DNA from: Eledone cirrhosa
Taxonomy: Eukaryota
Direction of reading: 5' to 3'
Assembly: GCA_964016885.1 (NCBI GenBank)
Contig: OZ024742.1
Coordinates: 150,846,001-150,910,000, forward strand
DNA: 64,000 nucleotides
Shown: positions 24,001-36,700 of the stretch, piece after piece
Layout of the letters: each line of letters begins with the position of its first letter
How positions within the stretch are numbered: the stretch's first letter is position 1
Notes under the pieces: model-generated
Told to the model about the DNA's origin: nothing
Seen by the model: only the letters and a program-made list of their open reading frames with translations
The model's database searches: none
Position numbers and translations under genes: made by a program

Positions 24001-27000
24001 CTGACTCTCCCCAAGTTACTACCCTTAGAAAAGGTAATATATTTTTCCTTTTAATATCACTGTATGAAGGCATAATGGTTAGGGTGTAGGACTCACAATC
24101 ATAAGAGCATGGGTTCAATTCCTTGATCTAGTGGTAAATTTTGTTCTTGAGCAAATTTTATTTTGCATTGCACTTTCTGTTAGAAGTTGAAACCTACATA
24201 TGGTTTCAGCAATGTAAATATCCAATGGAGACATTATTTCCTTGGTCCAATCTAATGATTAGCTCCTTTAATATTCCTTTGTTTCTATCTACATTTGAGT
24301 AATTAATAGAAGAATGGATTCCCAAGTTGTAAATACCTTTGCTCCAACAGGTATGCTGTTAACAACATGTCTATATAAGATACTGAAGTGTTCACCCAAA
24401 ATTATTTGGACCACAATGCAATGCACTTCATTCTATTTTAGTGACTGGACTTATATGATCGTATCTTTTTATGGCTGAGCTTGAGATGGATATTATGATG
24501 ACTTTTATGACTATACTTGTGCTGTTATGATGTCTTTTATGACTGGACTTGTGATATTGTGATGTCTTTTTTATGACTGGATTTGTGAAGATGATGGTGA
24601 TGCTTTTATGACTAGATTTGTAATATTATGGCGTCATTATGACAGCTTGTGATGATGATGATGACTTTATGACTGAACATGTGATATTATGGTGTCTTTA
24701 TGACCAGACTTGTGATTTTATGATGTCTTTACAACTAGACTTGTGATATTATGATGACTGGAATTATGATATTATGTTTTTTGTGGCTGGACTTGTGATA
24801 TTATGTCTCTATGACCAGACTTTTGATATATCTTTTTTATGGTTTGCTTTAGGTAATTGTCCTTGACACTGATATCACATTTGCTACAGATATTGCAGAC
24901 CTGTGGAAAATATTCAGAATATTGAAAGGAAAACAAGTAAGAGAATGGCCTTTTCTTTTCTTTTCTTTTTTTTTTTTTCCTTTCCCTGTATGTCTTCTGA
25001 AAAGTGATTACTCAATACTATGTACATGTCATCTTTCTTTTTTAATTATTTAAATTCTTATTTAGATAATAACAGTGAAGAGTATATTTACATCTGTTGA
25101 TATATGTATATATATATAAGTATATATCATCATTTTGTATCTACATCTCGATGCTTGCATGGGCTGGACAAAACCTTTTGAGGCAATTTTTTTCTACAAC
25201 CAGATGCCCTTTGTTATACTTTATTTTAAGTGTTGTATATATCACTGACATTCACTGAACCACTACTCTAAGGGACATGTTATTTATGTGGGACATAAAC
25301 CAACATTGCTGCTTGTTTTTCAGATGGTGTTGATGTGAAAACATTCATGGTGAATGGCCCACAGTTTCCGTCTACTAAAATTTACTCAGAAGTCATTATT
25401 AGAAGAGTCTTGCCCATGGTGCCACACAGTTGGACTGAACCTGAAACCTTAACGACATAGTCATGGCTGTGCCTATACAGGTCTAATATAATCCCAGTAA
25501 GATATTTAGAAAAAAAAATAACACAAAAAGGCAAAGACTAGAAGACTTGGTAAGAATAATATTGGACGTAGAAATAGGAATATCATAAGAGTTTCTGTAT
25601 CAATTGAAAGACACTTAGTTTTACTTCAGATGTTAGCAGTAAGATATCCATTTAATTATATAATAAATACTCTTCTAGCAATGTACAATTTTGCAAATCT
25701 ATACCACCTATGTGAGAACGTATGTGATTGCTAGACCTGCTAGAAATAGCAATCATGTCTTCAAATCATTCCTTAGGTGAATGTTACATTAGATAATTGT
25801 TTCTACTTTTGGCACATGGCCAGCAATTACACAGTGCATTACTGGTACTTTATTTTATCGACCCCATAAGGATGAAAGGCAAAGTTAACCTCAATAATGC
25901 AGACCTGAATGTATTTATAATTTTTGTGTCTACTTTTCCATTTCGGCATGGGTTGGATGGTACTTTTTTGAGGCAATGGATTCCCTTATTGACAAAAAAA
26001 CAAAGAAACAAACAGAAAAACCTAAGAAGTACTGCAGGAACATGAATTTCTGTAACTAGCTTATACTTCTCTCTGATGACAACCTCTTTTAATTTCAGCT
26101 TCTTTTTATTTCATTGTATTCTTTTCCATTTTCTTTCCTTCACTGCCTCATTCACCATACAGAGGCTTTTATGTTTTGGTTGTATTATTTTTAATTTGGC
26201 GGTGGATTAGCAGTATCGGTAGAGGGTCGGACGCCATGCTTTCCAGCATAGTTACGTCCCTTTACGATCTGAGTTCAAATCCCGCCGAGGTTGACTTTGC
26301 CTTTCATCCTTACGGGGTCGATAAAATAAAGTACCAGTAATGCACTGGGTAATTGCTGGCCTTGTGCCTAAAGTAGAAACAATTATTTTTAATTTGTTTT
26401 TGTATGCATTGGTATTATAAAGTTTGGTTTAATCCTTTTGTTATCATATTTCTCATGAAACACACTGCCTATGATTTCCAAATAATTTTGAAAATATGTA
26501 TGGATTTAATAATATAACTACCTTTCTCATTATTAAAATGGTGTTTGAAACATAACTTAATAAAGGTTCTTACATAGAATTCTAGTAGGTTTTTACATAA
26601 ATATGAATATGGTGAATAAACAGTTTTGTATCATTAGAACCAGGGGCAGTTTCAGGCATCATCATTATCATCATAATTTAACATCACATCCCCCTGCTAG
26701 CAAGGCTTATTGAAAATGTTAAAATATTTATGATGTTAAAATGCTTATGTTACTAGACATTTAGTATAGATGAACTGTAAAGGTATGTTGCCTAGTGGTT
26801 AAGGTGTTTGACTAATGATGTCATGGGTTCAATTCTTGGACCAGGTGGTATGTTGTGTTCTTGAGCAAAGCACTTAACTCCACATTGCTCCAGTACTCTC
26901 AGCTGAAAAATGCATACCAGCAGTAAGTGAGAGTTAACTCTGCATTGGACTGACAACCTGTCCAGGAGGGGGATTTTGTACTCTCAGTTGCTTGACACCG

Positions 27001-27670
27001 ATGAAACTAGGGTAACCCATGGCCTAATGAGCTTCCAGGCTTGGAAAAAAATGGATTACCTCTCACTAAATGGGATATTTATGGTCCAAAAATTGTTTCC
27101 ATATTATGATTTTTTTTTTTTTTTTCTTTTTAAATTTTCTTTAGGCAATTGGTCTTGTTGAGAATCAGAGTGATTGGTACCTTGGAAAATTATGGAAAAA
27201 CCACCATCCATGGCCTGCTTTGGTAAGATGCAATATTGATAAATAGATTCTATTAAATTTTCTATATATGATTTTCAGTAATTCTTCCTTTCTCTTAAAA
27301 TAATAGTTTCTAACATAGGCACAAGGCCAGAAATTTTGGAAGTGGGGCATGTCGAGTAAATTCTTCACAGTACTTGATAAGTAATATATTTTATCGACCC
27401 ACAAAAGGATGAAAGGCAAAGTTAATTTCAACAGAATTTGAACTCAAAACATAAAGAGCCATAACTAAATACTGCAAAGCATTTTGTTCGATGTTCTAAT
27501 GATTCTCCCAATATAATAATAGAGGTTGCTCTGTTGGTGAAATAACAAAACAAAGAATAGATGGAAAATTGATTGGCATCTTTCAACTAAAGGAAATAAA
27601 TATGTGAAAAATTGCAACTAGAATTGTAGACAACAAACTGTGCATATATGTATGTATGTATATATATATA

Positions 27671-27722
<52 letters not shown>

Positions 27723-30700
27723 CATGTCCCCCCCCACCCCACCCATTACCAACCCCAACAAACTCTGCCATTACTACTACTACCTACCTCTCCCCTCACC
27801 CGTCCCAGCCCCAACAAACCCTGCCATTATTACCACCACCACTGTTCTAGGCCTGAATTCTCCTACCATTATGTATGGATGAGCTGAGAATAAATGGAGC
27901 AACACCGAATTAAATGAATATGAATCCGCAAGCTACCAAGCACCCATGTGAAGCTTCAATTCAGAGACAGGAAGCATACACACACCCCTGCAAAAATCGA
28001 CCCTTTCCCACGAATGTTGACAAATGCCCAAAACTCCGAGTTGGAACCATCAATGTAAGCACAATGAAAGGAAGAGCAGGAGAAATCGTAGAGATGCTAG
28101 AGCGAAAGGAAATTGACGTATGCTGTGTGCAAGAGACTAGATGGAGAGGAGAGTCTGCTAGAGTCCTTGTAGGAAAAAGTCAGTGCTACAAATTTTTCTG
28201 GGTGGGAAATGACGATGGGATGGGTGGTGTAGGTATACTACTAGCTGACAAGTGGGTAGATAAGGTAATCTCAGTGAACAGGGTGAATGCAAGAATCATT
28301 AAACTCAGACTAGTCCTGAATAAAACAATTACCACAATAATATCAGCTTACGCACCCCAATCGGGGTTGCCAGATGAACTTAAGGATAGGTTTTACGAGT
28401 CCCTAATGCACACTACTGCTCTAACAAACGACAATGACTTCCTAATCATTGCAGGAGATTTTAACGGACACGTAGGTAAACACAGTGACGGCTTCTATGG
28501 AGGCCATGGGGTTGGCACAAGAAATTAAGAAGGATTCAGGCTTCTAGAATAATGCGACGCCAATGACATGTCGATATGTAGCACAAACTTCAAAAAACCC
28601 GACAACCACCTGATCACCTATAGATCAGGGGAGCATTCTAGTCAGATAGATTTTATCCACATCAGAGGACGTGACAGATGGACGGTCGTAAACACAAAAG
28701 CCTTCCCTAGTGAGGAATGTACCTCCCAACATAGCTTAGTTGTCAGCGACCTCACCGTCAGAACTAGACGAACCTGGAGAAGAAAGATCTGGAAGCTGAA
28801 AGACCCCTCGGCCAGTAACAGATTTAGAGATATTTTACTCAACGCCTATGACAATAAAGAAGAACAGATAGAGACATTCAATGTAGAAGAGCACTGGGAG
28901 TTCCTAAAAAATAACTTACTAAAGGCGACAGATGAGATCTGTGGCTGGAGTAAGACCACAGGCAGGAGGAGAGTGACTTGGTGGTGGAACAATAAGGTAG
29001 ATGAGGCAGTTAAGGCCAAGAGACAGGCATGGAAAGAATGGAAGAACGGGGGAAGCAGGATACATTACATAGAGACCAGGAGGGAAGTTAGGCAACAAGT
29101 ATACTTAGCTAGGAGGGAAGCAGAGGATAGCAAATTCAAGCATGTTTTGCAACGTGAGGACCAGAAACAGGAGGTGTTCAAGATTGTCAGAGAGAATTGT
29201 GATGTCATTGGAGAGAAGTGTATCCGGAATGATAAAGGTGAGCTTGCCCTCACAAGTGCTGAGAAGAAAGATGCGTAGAAGAGCCATTATGATAGATTAC
29301 TAAATGAGGAGAATGTATGAGAAGAAGAGACCCTACCCCAAGTAGACCCTATAGAGGTGTCAGCAGCAGTGTAGTAAGTAAGGCAATCAAAGATATGAAG
29401 ACAGGCAAGGCAACCGGTCCATCGGGTATAGCTGCCAAGATGCTGAAGGCATCTGGGTTAGTAGGTCACGCCATAACCACACGTATTGTTAACCAGGTAA
29501 TACTAGCGTATGTCATACCAAAGGATTGGTGCAGTAGCATCATTGTCAACTGCTACAAAGGTAAAGGGGATGCACTAGATAGAGGAAACTATAGAGGTAT
29601 AAAGCTGATGGACAGGGTCATGAAAGTAACAGAAAGAGTTATAGCACAGTTGATTAAGGACCGGGTGAAACTAGATGAGATGCAATTTGGGTTTGTGCTA
29701 GGAAGAGGCACCACTGATGCCCTCTTCCTTGTGAAGCAGTTACAGGAAAAGTACCTAGCTAAAAGTAAGCCACTCTACCTGACATTCGTCGATCTCGAGA
29801 AAGCCTTTGACAGAGTTGCCAGTGCTACAATCTGGTGGGCTCTTAGAAAACTAGGAGTAGATGAATGGCTTGTAAAAGCTGTACAAGCCATGTATAGGGG
29901 AGCAGTCAGCAATGAGTATAGCGAGGAATTTAGCGTACAGGTCGGTGTCCACCAGGGCTCTGTTCTTAGCCCTCTCCTGTTCATCATAGTCCTGCAGGCA
30001 ATAACAGAGGAGTTTAAGACCGGATGCCCATGGGAACTCCTGTATGCAGATGACCTCGCATGTATAGCTGAATCTATGGTAGAACTAGAGAAGAAATTCC
30101 AAACTTGGAAGCAGGGACTAGAAAGAAAGGGTCTCAAAGTCAACCTAACAAAGACTAAGGTCCTTGTAAGTAGACGAGAAAACAGAACCCAGATCTCCTG
30201 GAAATTGCCTTGCTCAGTATGTAGGAAAGGTGTAGGTAGGAACTCCATTGTCTGCCCCAAATGCAAACAATGGGTACACAAGAGATGTAGCGGGATCACA
30301 GGAAGCTTAACTAAGAATGTAGGCTTCATATGTAGCAGCTGTGCTGGGACAGCAAACAGCTACAGGAAACAGCTACAGGAAACAAGTACCACCAAACTTG
30401 GGGGGGGGGGGGGTCTGTAGAAACAGTAGACAGCTTCTGCTACCTAGGTGACCGAATTAGCAGCGGAGGTGGGTGTTCGGAAAGTACAATAACTAGGGTA
30501 AGAACGAGATGGAAGAAGTTCAGAGAGCTATTGCCACTGCTAGCTGCAAAAGGCTTTTCCCTGAAAGGCAGACTGTATGATGCGTGTATACGAACAGCAA
30601 CGTTACATGGTAGTGAGACATGGGCGCTGTCTGTGGAAGACTTGCATAGATTAGAAAGAAACGAAGCCTGCATGCTCCGATGGATGTGTAATAGTAATAT

Positions 30701-33700
30701 ACGCGAATGGCAAAGCATCAATGAATTGAGAGAGAGACTGAGCATAAGAGGAGTCAAATGCTGCGTGCAGGAGAGGCGGGTGCGTTGGTATGGACATGTG
30801 ATGCGTATGAAGGATGACAGCTGCATAAAAAGGTGCAGAGCACTAGAAGTCGATGGAAACCGCGGAGTGGGGAGACCCAAGAAGACCTGGGATGAGGTGA
30901 TAAAAGCCGACCTTACCCAATTACACCTCTCAAAGGCGATGACACACGACCGTGACCTCTGGCGTCACGCAGTAATACAGAAGACTCGACCCCCCCATGG
31001 GTACAAGCCGAAGCTGAAGCATATAGACAATATGCCCCCACACCCTCCCACTGCAAAGTGGTCGTGGAGGTGCCACGGTAAATACCACCCAGCCCAGACT
31101 GTAAAGTGGACGTGTAGGCGCCACGGGAAAAAGCACCCAGCATTCACTGTAAATGAGGTTGGTGTTAGGAAGGGCATCCAGCTGTAGAAATCAAGTCAGA
31201 ATCGGTTCCCGTAGGAGCAAGACAAGGTCAGCCGACTGGATACTGCCCACAACAGGACAACCCGTCTAACCCATGCTAGGATGGAAAACGGTGATGATGA
31301 TGATATATGTATGTTGACTTGTTCTTCTTTTTGGTACATATCATTTTTTTTTTTTTTTTTTTTTTCTCGTGCAATGGCCATACTCGATAACGAGGGGGCA
31401 GCCATGATGTATGTATGTATGTATGTATATATGTCAGGTCACCAGTTGGTGCTACTGGTAACATGTATCCCAGTACAACCTGTCTCATGGTCGGGTCGTT
31501 GGCGACTAAACTGGCAACCCCACCAAGGTTTCTTGGTGAGGAGGGTGACTTTGGACATCCTGCAGGACTAAAAACAAAACCTGTCAAAGGGCAAAGGAGC
31601 TCTTAAGAGTCAATGGCCATCCAAAATCACCGGGAGAGATGACCCCTTAGCCTTTGTCAAGGCAGAATTCTAGGAGAAGGAAAACTCTGATATAACACCT
31701 GCAACCCTGATGGTATCCAATGATGTTGACTTGTTCTTCTTTTTGGTACATATCATCTTGTTTAAGAGAGTGGGACTGGCTTTGTGCAGTGCCTTTGCTC
31801 ACTATAAAAGCTTCACGGCACAGGCATTGCTTTATATCTGGAGATCTCTCTGCACTTGTCGTCAGATGGTACCATGGGCCCAGCACTATGTGTCAATAAT
31901 TGTCAAAAGTGTAGTGTTTGTACCAGAGTTTTCAAATCGCTGGCTGGACTAAAAAGTCACACTCGTTCAGCGCATCCGTAGGGGTTCTCCTACATGGATA
32001 TAAAGTAGTGGCCGTACTCGAAAACGAGTTGGCAGCCACCATGTATGTATATATATAAATATTATATGTATAAATAAATAGTAACGTATTTGTGTATGCA
32101 GTTATATAGAAGAGTGCTCAATTTTTTTTCATGTTACTTCTTGAAGTTTCATATTTCCAACTCATGTATCTGGAGATCAGAAATGTGAAGCTTCAAATAA
32201 TGATTCATAAAAAATTCTGTGCTGAATAAAATATTTCATATATGTCGACCTTTCCCTACTAGCATAGGTTGAATAGCTTGTCACATTCCAAGTCCTTTTT
32301 TAAAGTTACTACTGTCTTAGACAAATCAGGGACTCATCTTGTTCATATGTTCCAATTTTTGGCATTATTTGTATTGCTGGACTTGATCACACTACATGGT
32401 ACTTTACGAAAATGTCATTTATAATAGCTTCATAAATCATATGGGTGAGGTAAGAGTAGATGGTTATTGTGCAGAAGTCAGTCAGATGGATTGTACCAGT
32501 TCTTAAGTGGTAGACTTAATCCAAATACTTACTTTGCATTTCTATATTTAACATGAAAGTAATAAAATAAAATTTGACATTAAAATTTGTTTATCCTAGG
32601 AATTTTAGAAATAAAGATGGAGCTCTCTTTTTTTTCATTACATGAAAGTCAATGCCTAAGAAGACAGTTGTATTGATATGTTGTCTTTTGACTTATTTCT
32701 TAGGGCCGAGGGTTTAATACTGGCGTAATTCTGTTGGACATTCGAATGCTACAAGAATTAAATTGGATGCAAGTATGGCGCCTCATTGCTGAGCGTGAAC
32801 TTATGAGTATGCTTTCAACATCATTAGCAGATCAGGTCAGTAAAAATTTTATTTTTGTAGTGTGTACAGTGTTGTAAGAGTGGCATAAATGTTTGTACCA
32901 CATTCAATTTTGCTCTCTCTCTCTCTTTCTTACACTATATATATATAGTTTAAGATCTAGTTGGTGGCCTGTTGCCCTAGACTTTTTCCTGTGTGTAAGT
33001 GGCTCATCAAAAAGTGATTAACTTAAGAAACTCCAGTGCAATTAGCCACTGATTAGATCTTAAAACTATTAATCTCTACTATGTATTGAGTACTCATTCT
33101 TCCATTCATCAGTACTAAACTTTATGTATATCATCATCATATGTTTAATGTCTATTTTTCCATGCTTGCATGGGTTAGACAGTTAGATAATTCAGGTGAC
33201 CATGCCTTGCTCCTACATTCTGTTTTGAGCTTGGTTTATGTGACTGGATGCCCTTCCTAACATCAACTACTTTACAGCATGTACTTTACATGACACCAGC
33301 TCAACCATCTTACAAGGTGGATTGTATAGTTTTTATTGTGGCACCAGTGTTACAAACTTACAGGGTAGAATGAGTGTTTTTTTATAGTGGCACTAGTACT
33401 ACCACCTTATAGGATAGGCTGGGTGCTTTTTATTGTGGCACCAGCACTACCACCTTACAGGGTGGACTGGGTTCTTTTTATTGTTGCACCAGCACTACCA
33501 CCTTACAGGGTGGACTGGGTGCTTTTTATTGTTGCACCAGCACTACCACCTTACAAGACAGACTGGATGTTTTTTTATCATATATATATTCCAGTGACAT
33601 TTCCTCACAAACGGATTACATTGAAAAGTAGAAATAAACTCTGTTTATTTCAACAATGTGTATTCCAGTTCTTTGATGAACTGAACTCTACCTACTCATT

Positions 33701-36700
33701 GTAGGAGTGTGTAAGTGGCTGAGTATTCCACAGATACCTTAACAGAAAAGAATCAACAAGACACTGTATTACAAAGCTGGCCCTTTGAATTACAGGTTCA
33801 GTTCATCTTTTTGCCCAATTTCGCTTAAATGGCTTCAATTGATCTAAGGGTATGATAGATATCCTCTATTTATAACCATTTCATTTAAACAGAGGACACA
33901 GTGTTTGTGTTTGTCAGTCAAATGGAGACAATATAAGGTTTGATAGGACTCTTCACACTGACATAGAATGTTATCTCTCTAGTGCAACTGCCATGATGTC
34001 ACGTAAAACACACCCAGTACATCCTATAAAGCTGTTGACATTAGGAATGACATCCAGTTCTAGAAATCATACTAAATATGGAATGAAATAAGCAAGATGT
34101 CTTGTCTGGGACTGTGACATCTATCTCACTCATGCCAGCATGGAAAGTGGGCATAAAAATGGTGACGATTATGATTACAACTGCACAATTTTGTTCTTGA
34201 CTTTATATTCCTTAATCAAAATATTTACTTTATATAATTTCAGGATATCTTCAATGCAGTCTTAAAGCAACATCCTTATTTAGTGTATCGACTGCCTTGT
34301 CAATGGAACGTCCAACTCAGTGACAATACTCGTAGTGAACAATGTTACAGCGAAGTAGCTGATCTAAAAGTTTGTACCTAGTTACTAAATTATTATGGTT
34401 ATGTTGTTGTTGTTGTTATTCTACTTGTTCTTCTTTCCAGCCATCTTGCTCAGGGCCTACCTGGGTCTCCTGCTGTTTGGTTTTGCCTGTAAAATCTGTC
34501 CAGCGATTCTTTCCTGAGACATTAACCACATGTCCGTATTGAGAGATCACCGCTCCGATACTCTGGGCAACTAGCAGTTCTACCTAGAGTGACTCTTAAC
34601 TTCGAGTAACGTTACTCCAAAGACCCTTCGGAGGAACTCCATTTCGGTTGCTTATATTCACGATCATATTCTTTCAGTCATTACCCAAGATTCATAACCA
34701 TAGGTAAGGGTTGGCACGAATACCTAATTGAAGATAGCGAGTTTGGCTTTTATGCCTACCTCCTTTCTTCTAATTACCAATTGTTGAAACTGATGCATTA
34801 TTGTACCAGCTCCTGCAATACTTAATTCAGCTTCCTGCCTTCCATCACTCATGAACACAGCCCTGAGATACTTGAACTTCTCCACTTGCTTCAGTGGAAC
34901 TCCATTTACATGTAGAGTGCACTGCACAGGCTTCCTTGTTAAGAGGTGCTGAGCTGTCAACTGATCACCATCTAGTTATCTGTAACTTGAGACTACCTAA
35001 AGCCAAAGAAGCCCACAAAACTGGCAGGTCCAGGATAAAGTGGGAAGCATTCGTGGATAAGGAAGTCAGGACCAGGTATGCAGATACTATTGCATCCAAA
35101 TTCAGAGAACTTCCTAAGCAAACTGAGGACATTGAGGCAGAGTGAAAATTGTTCAGCTCAGCAGTTTTTACTTCAGCTGTTAAATGCTGTGGGGCCAGCT
35201 GGTATGAGGATCCCTTGGTTCAATCAAGAGGTCAAAGATGTCATCCGAGCAAAGAAGGAAGCCTACAAAGCTTGGCTTGGAAATAAGTCCTCTTTCTTGC
35301 ACTTGCAGTGCAAGCAGGCATGAAGAATTGCAGCAGAGGCGGTATAGGTATCCAAAGTTAAGGCATGGAAGAACTTTGGGCTTAAACTGAAATCCAACTT
35401 CAGATCAGCAAATGGAGTAAAGACTAATTTTTAATATAATAATAGTGCTGTTTTGTACTTTTCAAGAATGTCTTGTTGATGCAGTTTTATGTGGTACATA
35501 ACGTTAAGAGTTAAAGGTATTCATCTACACTTTTTACTTCTATAAAATAAGTATATACTTTTAATCGTCTTGTTTGTTTTGTATTCTTCCATTAGATTAT
35601 ACATTGGAATTCTCCAAAGAAACTAAAAGTTAAGAATAAAAACGTTGAGTTCTTCCGGAACCTTTATTTAACATTCCTAAAATACGACGGCAATTTACTA
35701 CGTCAAGAATTGTTTGCTTGTGGAACCACACGTGTAGGACCACGCTTCCAAGATCAGGTTAGTACATTCAAAATATGTTTGTTTAATGTCATTCTCAGTT
35801 CTACTAAACTAAATAAAAGAGCATGCCATCTTTATAACATACTCAACACCTTGAGGACTTGCTTAACATCATATTCTTTATTAATTTGGCAAGGTTTGTG
35901 TCTATCTACAATTATGTTTAGACCTTATTTATGCTGCATAGTTTAAGTTGCCTCTTTAAAATAATTTTATATCCTTAATTTATTAAATTCAATAAATTCA
36001 TAATTTATTGTAATCATTTCAAAGAATTACGAATAAATTCAATAGGAATTATTATCATCATCATCATCATCGTTTAACATCCATGATGATGATGATAATA
36101 ATTATATATATACCTAAAGAAAACAACAATGGAATCTTTGTTTTGGAGGCAAGGGATGGCTAGGGACATTTTTTTTTTTATCTGAACTTCAACCGCATCA
36201 GCATAGCACAGTCCTTTTTGCCTTGTATCAAATTAACAGCTAAACCTGCATTTCATTTTTTTTTCTTTGCATGCTAATCTTTAATATGTGTTAATCCTAT
36301 ACATTGTATGTTTATCTTTACTAGTGTAGACATCTTAAGCTTATACATAACATGCTAATATATACTGCATGCTAACTATATATTGCATGTTAATACTAAC
36401 TGTTGTAAACATGCTAATTTTTACTGATGTATTTCTTTCAGTTAAGTGCTATCAATGAAGATGATGAATGCTATGACTTTCGTCGTGAACAGATTATCAT
36501 TCACCGGACTCATCTCTACTATTTAGACTTTGATTATCAACCAACAGACTATGATGTTACCTTGGTGGCACAGCTAAGTATGGATCGACTACAGATGCTT
36601 GAGACAATCTGTCGGCACTGGGAAGGTCCTATAAGCTTAGCTCTTTATATGTCTGATGCAGAAGTACAACAGTTTCTGCGATATGCTGTCAGCTCTGGTA

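Noticed and set aside
31436-31549. HDV-like or twister ribozyme assignment for the 5' structure
   Set aside because: No room for the P1 3' strand after the putative P3, the loop lacks the UCC motif, and twister consensus residues are not seen; left unassigned.
33387-33704. ORF with a 16-aa repeat
   Set aside because: A by-product of the 48-bp tandem unit in a retroelement; no spacers or coding evidence.
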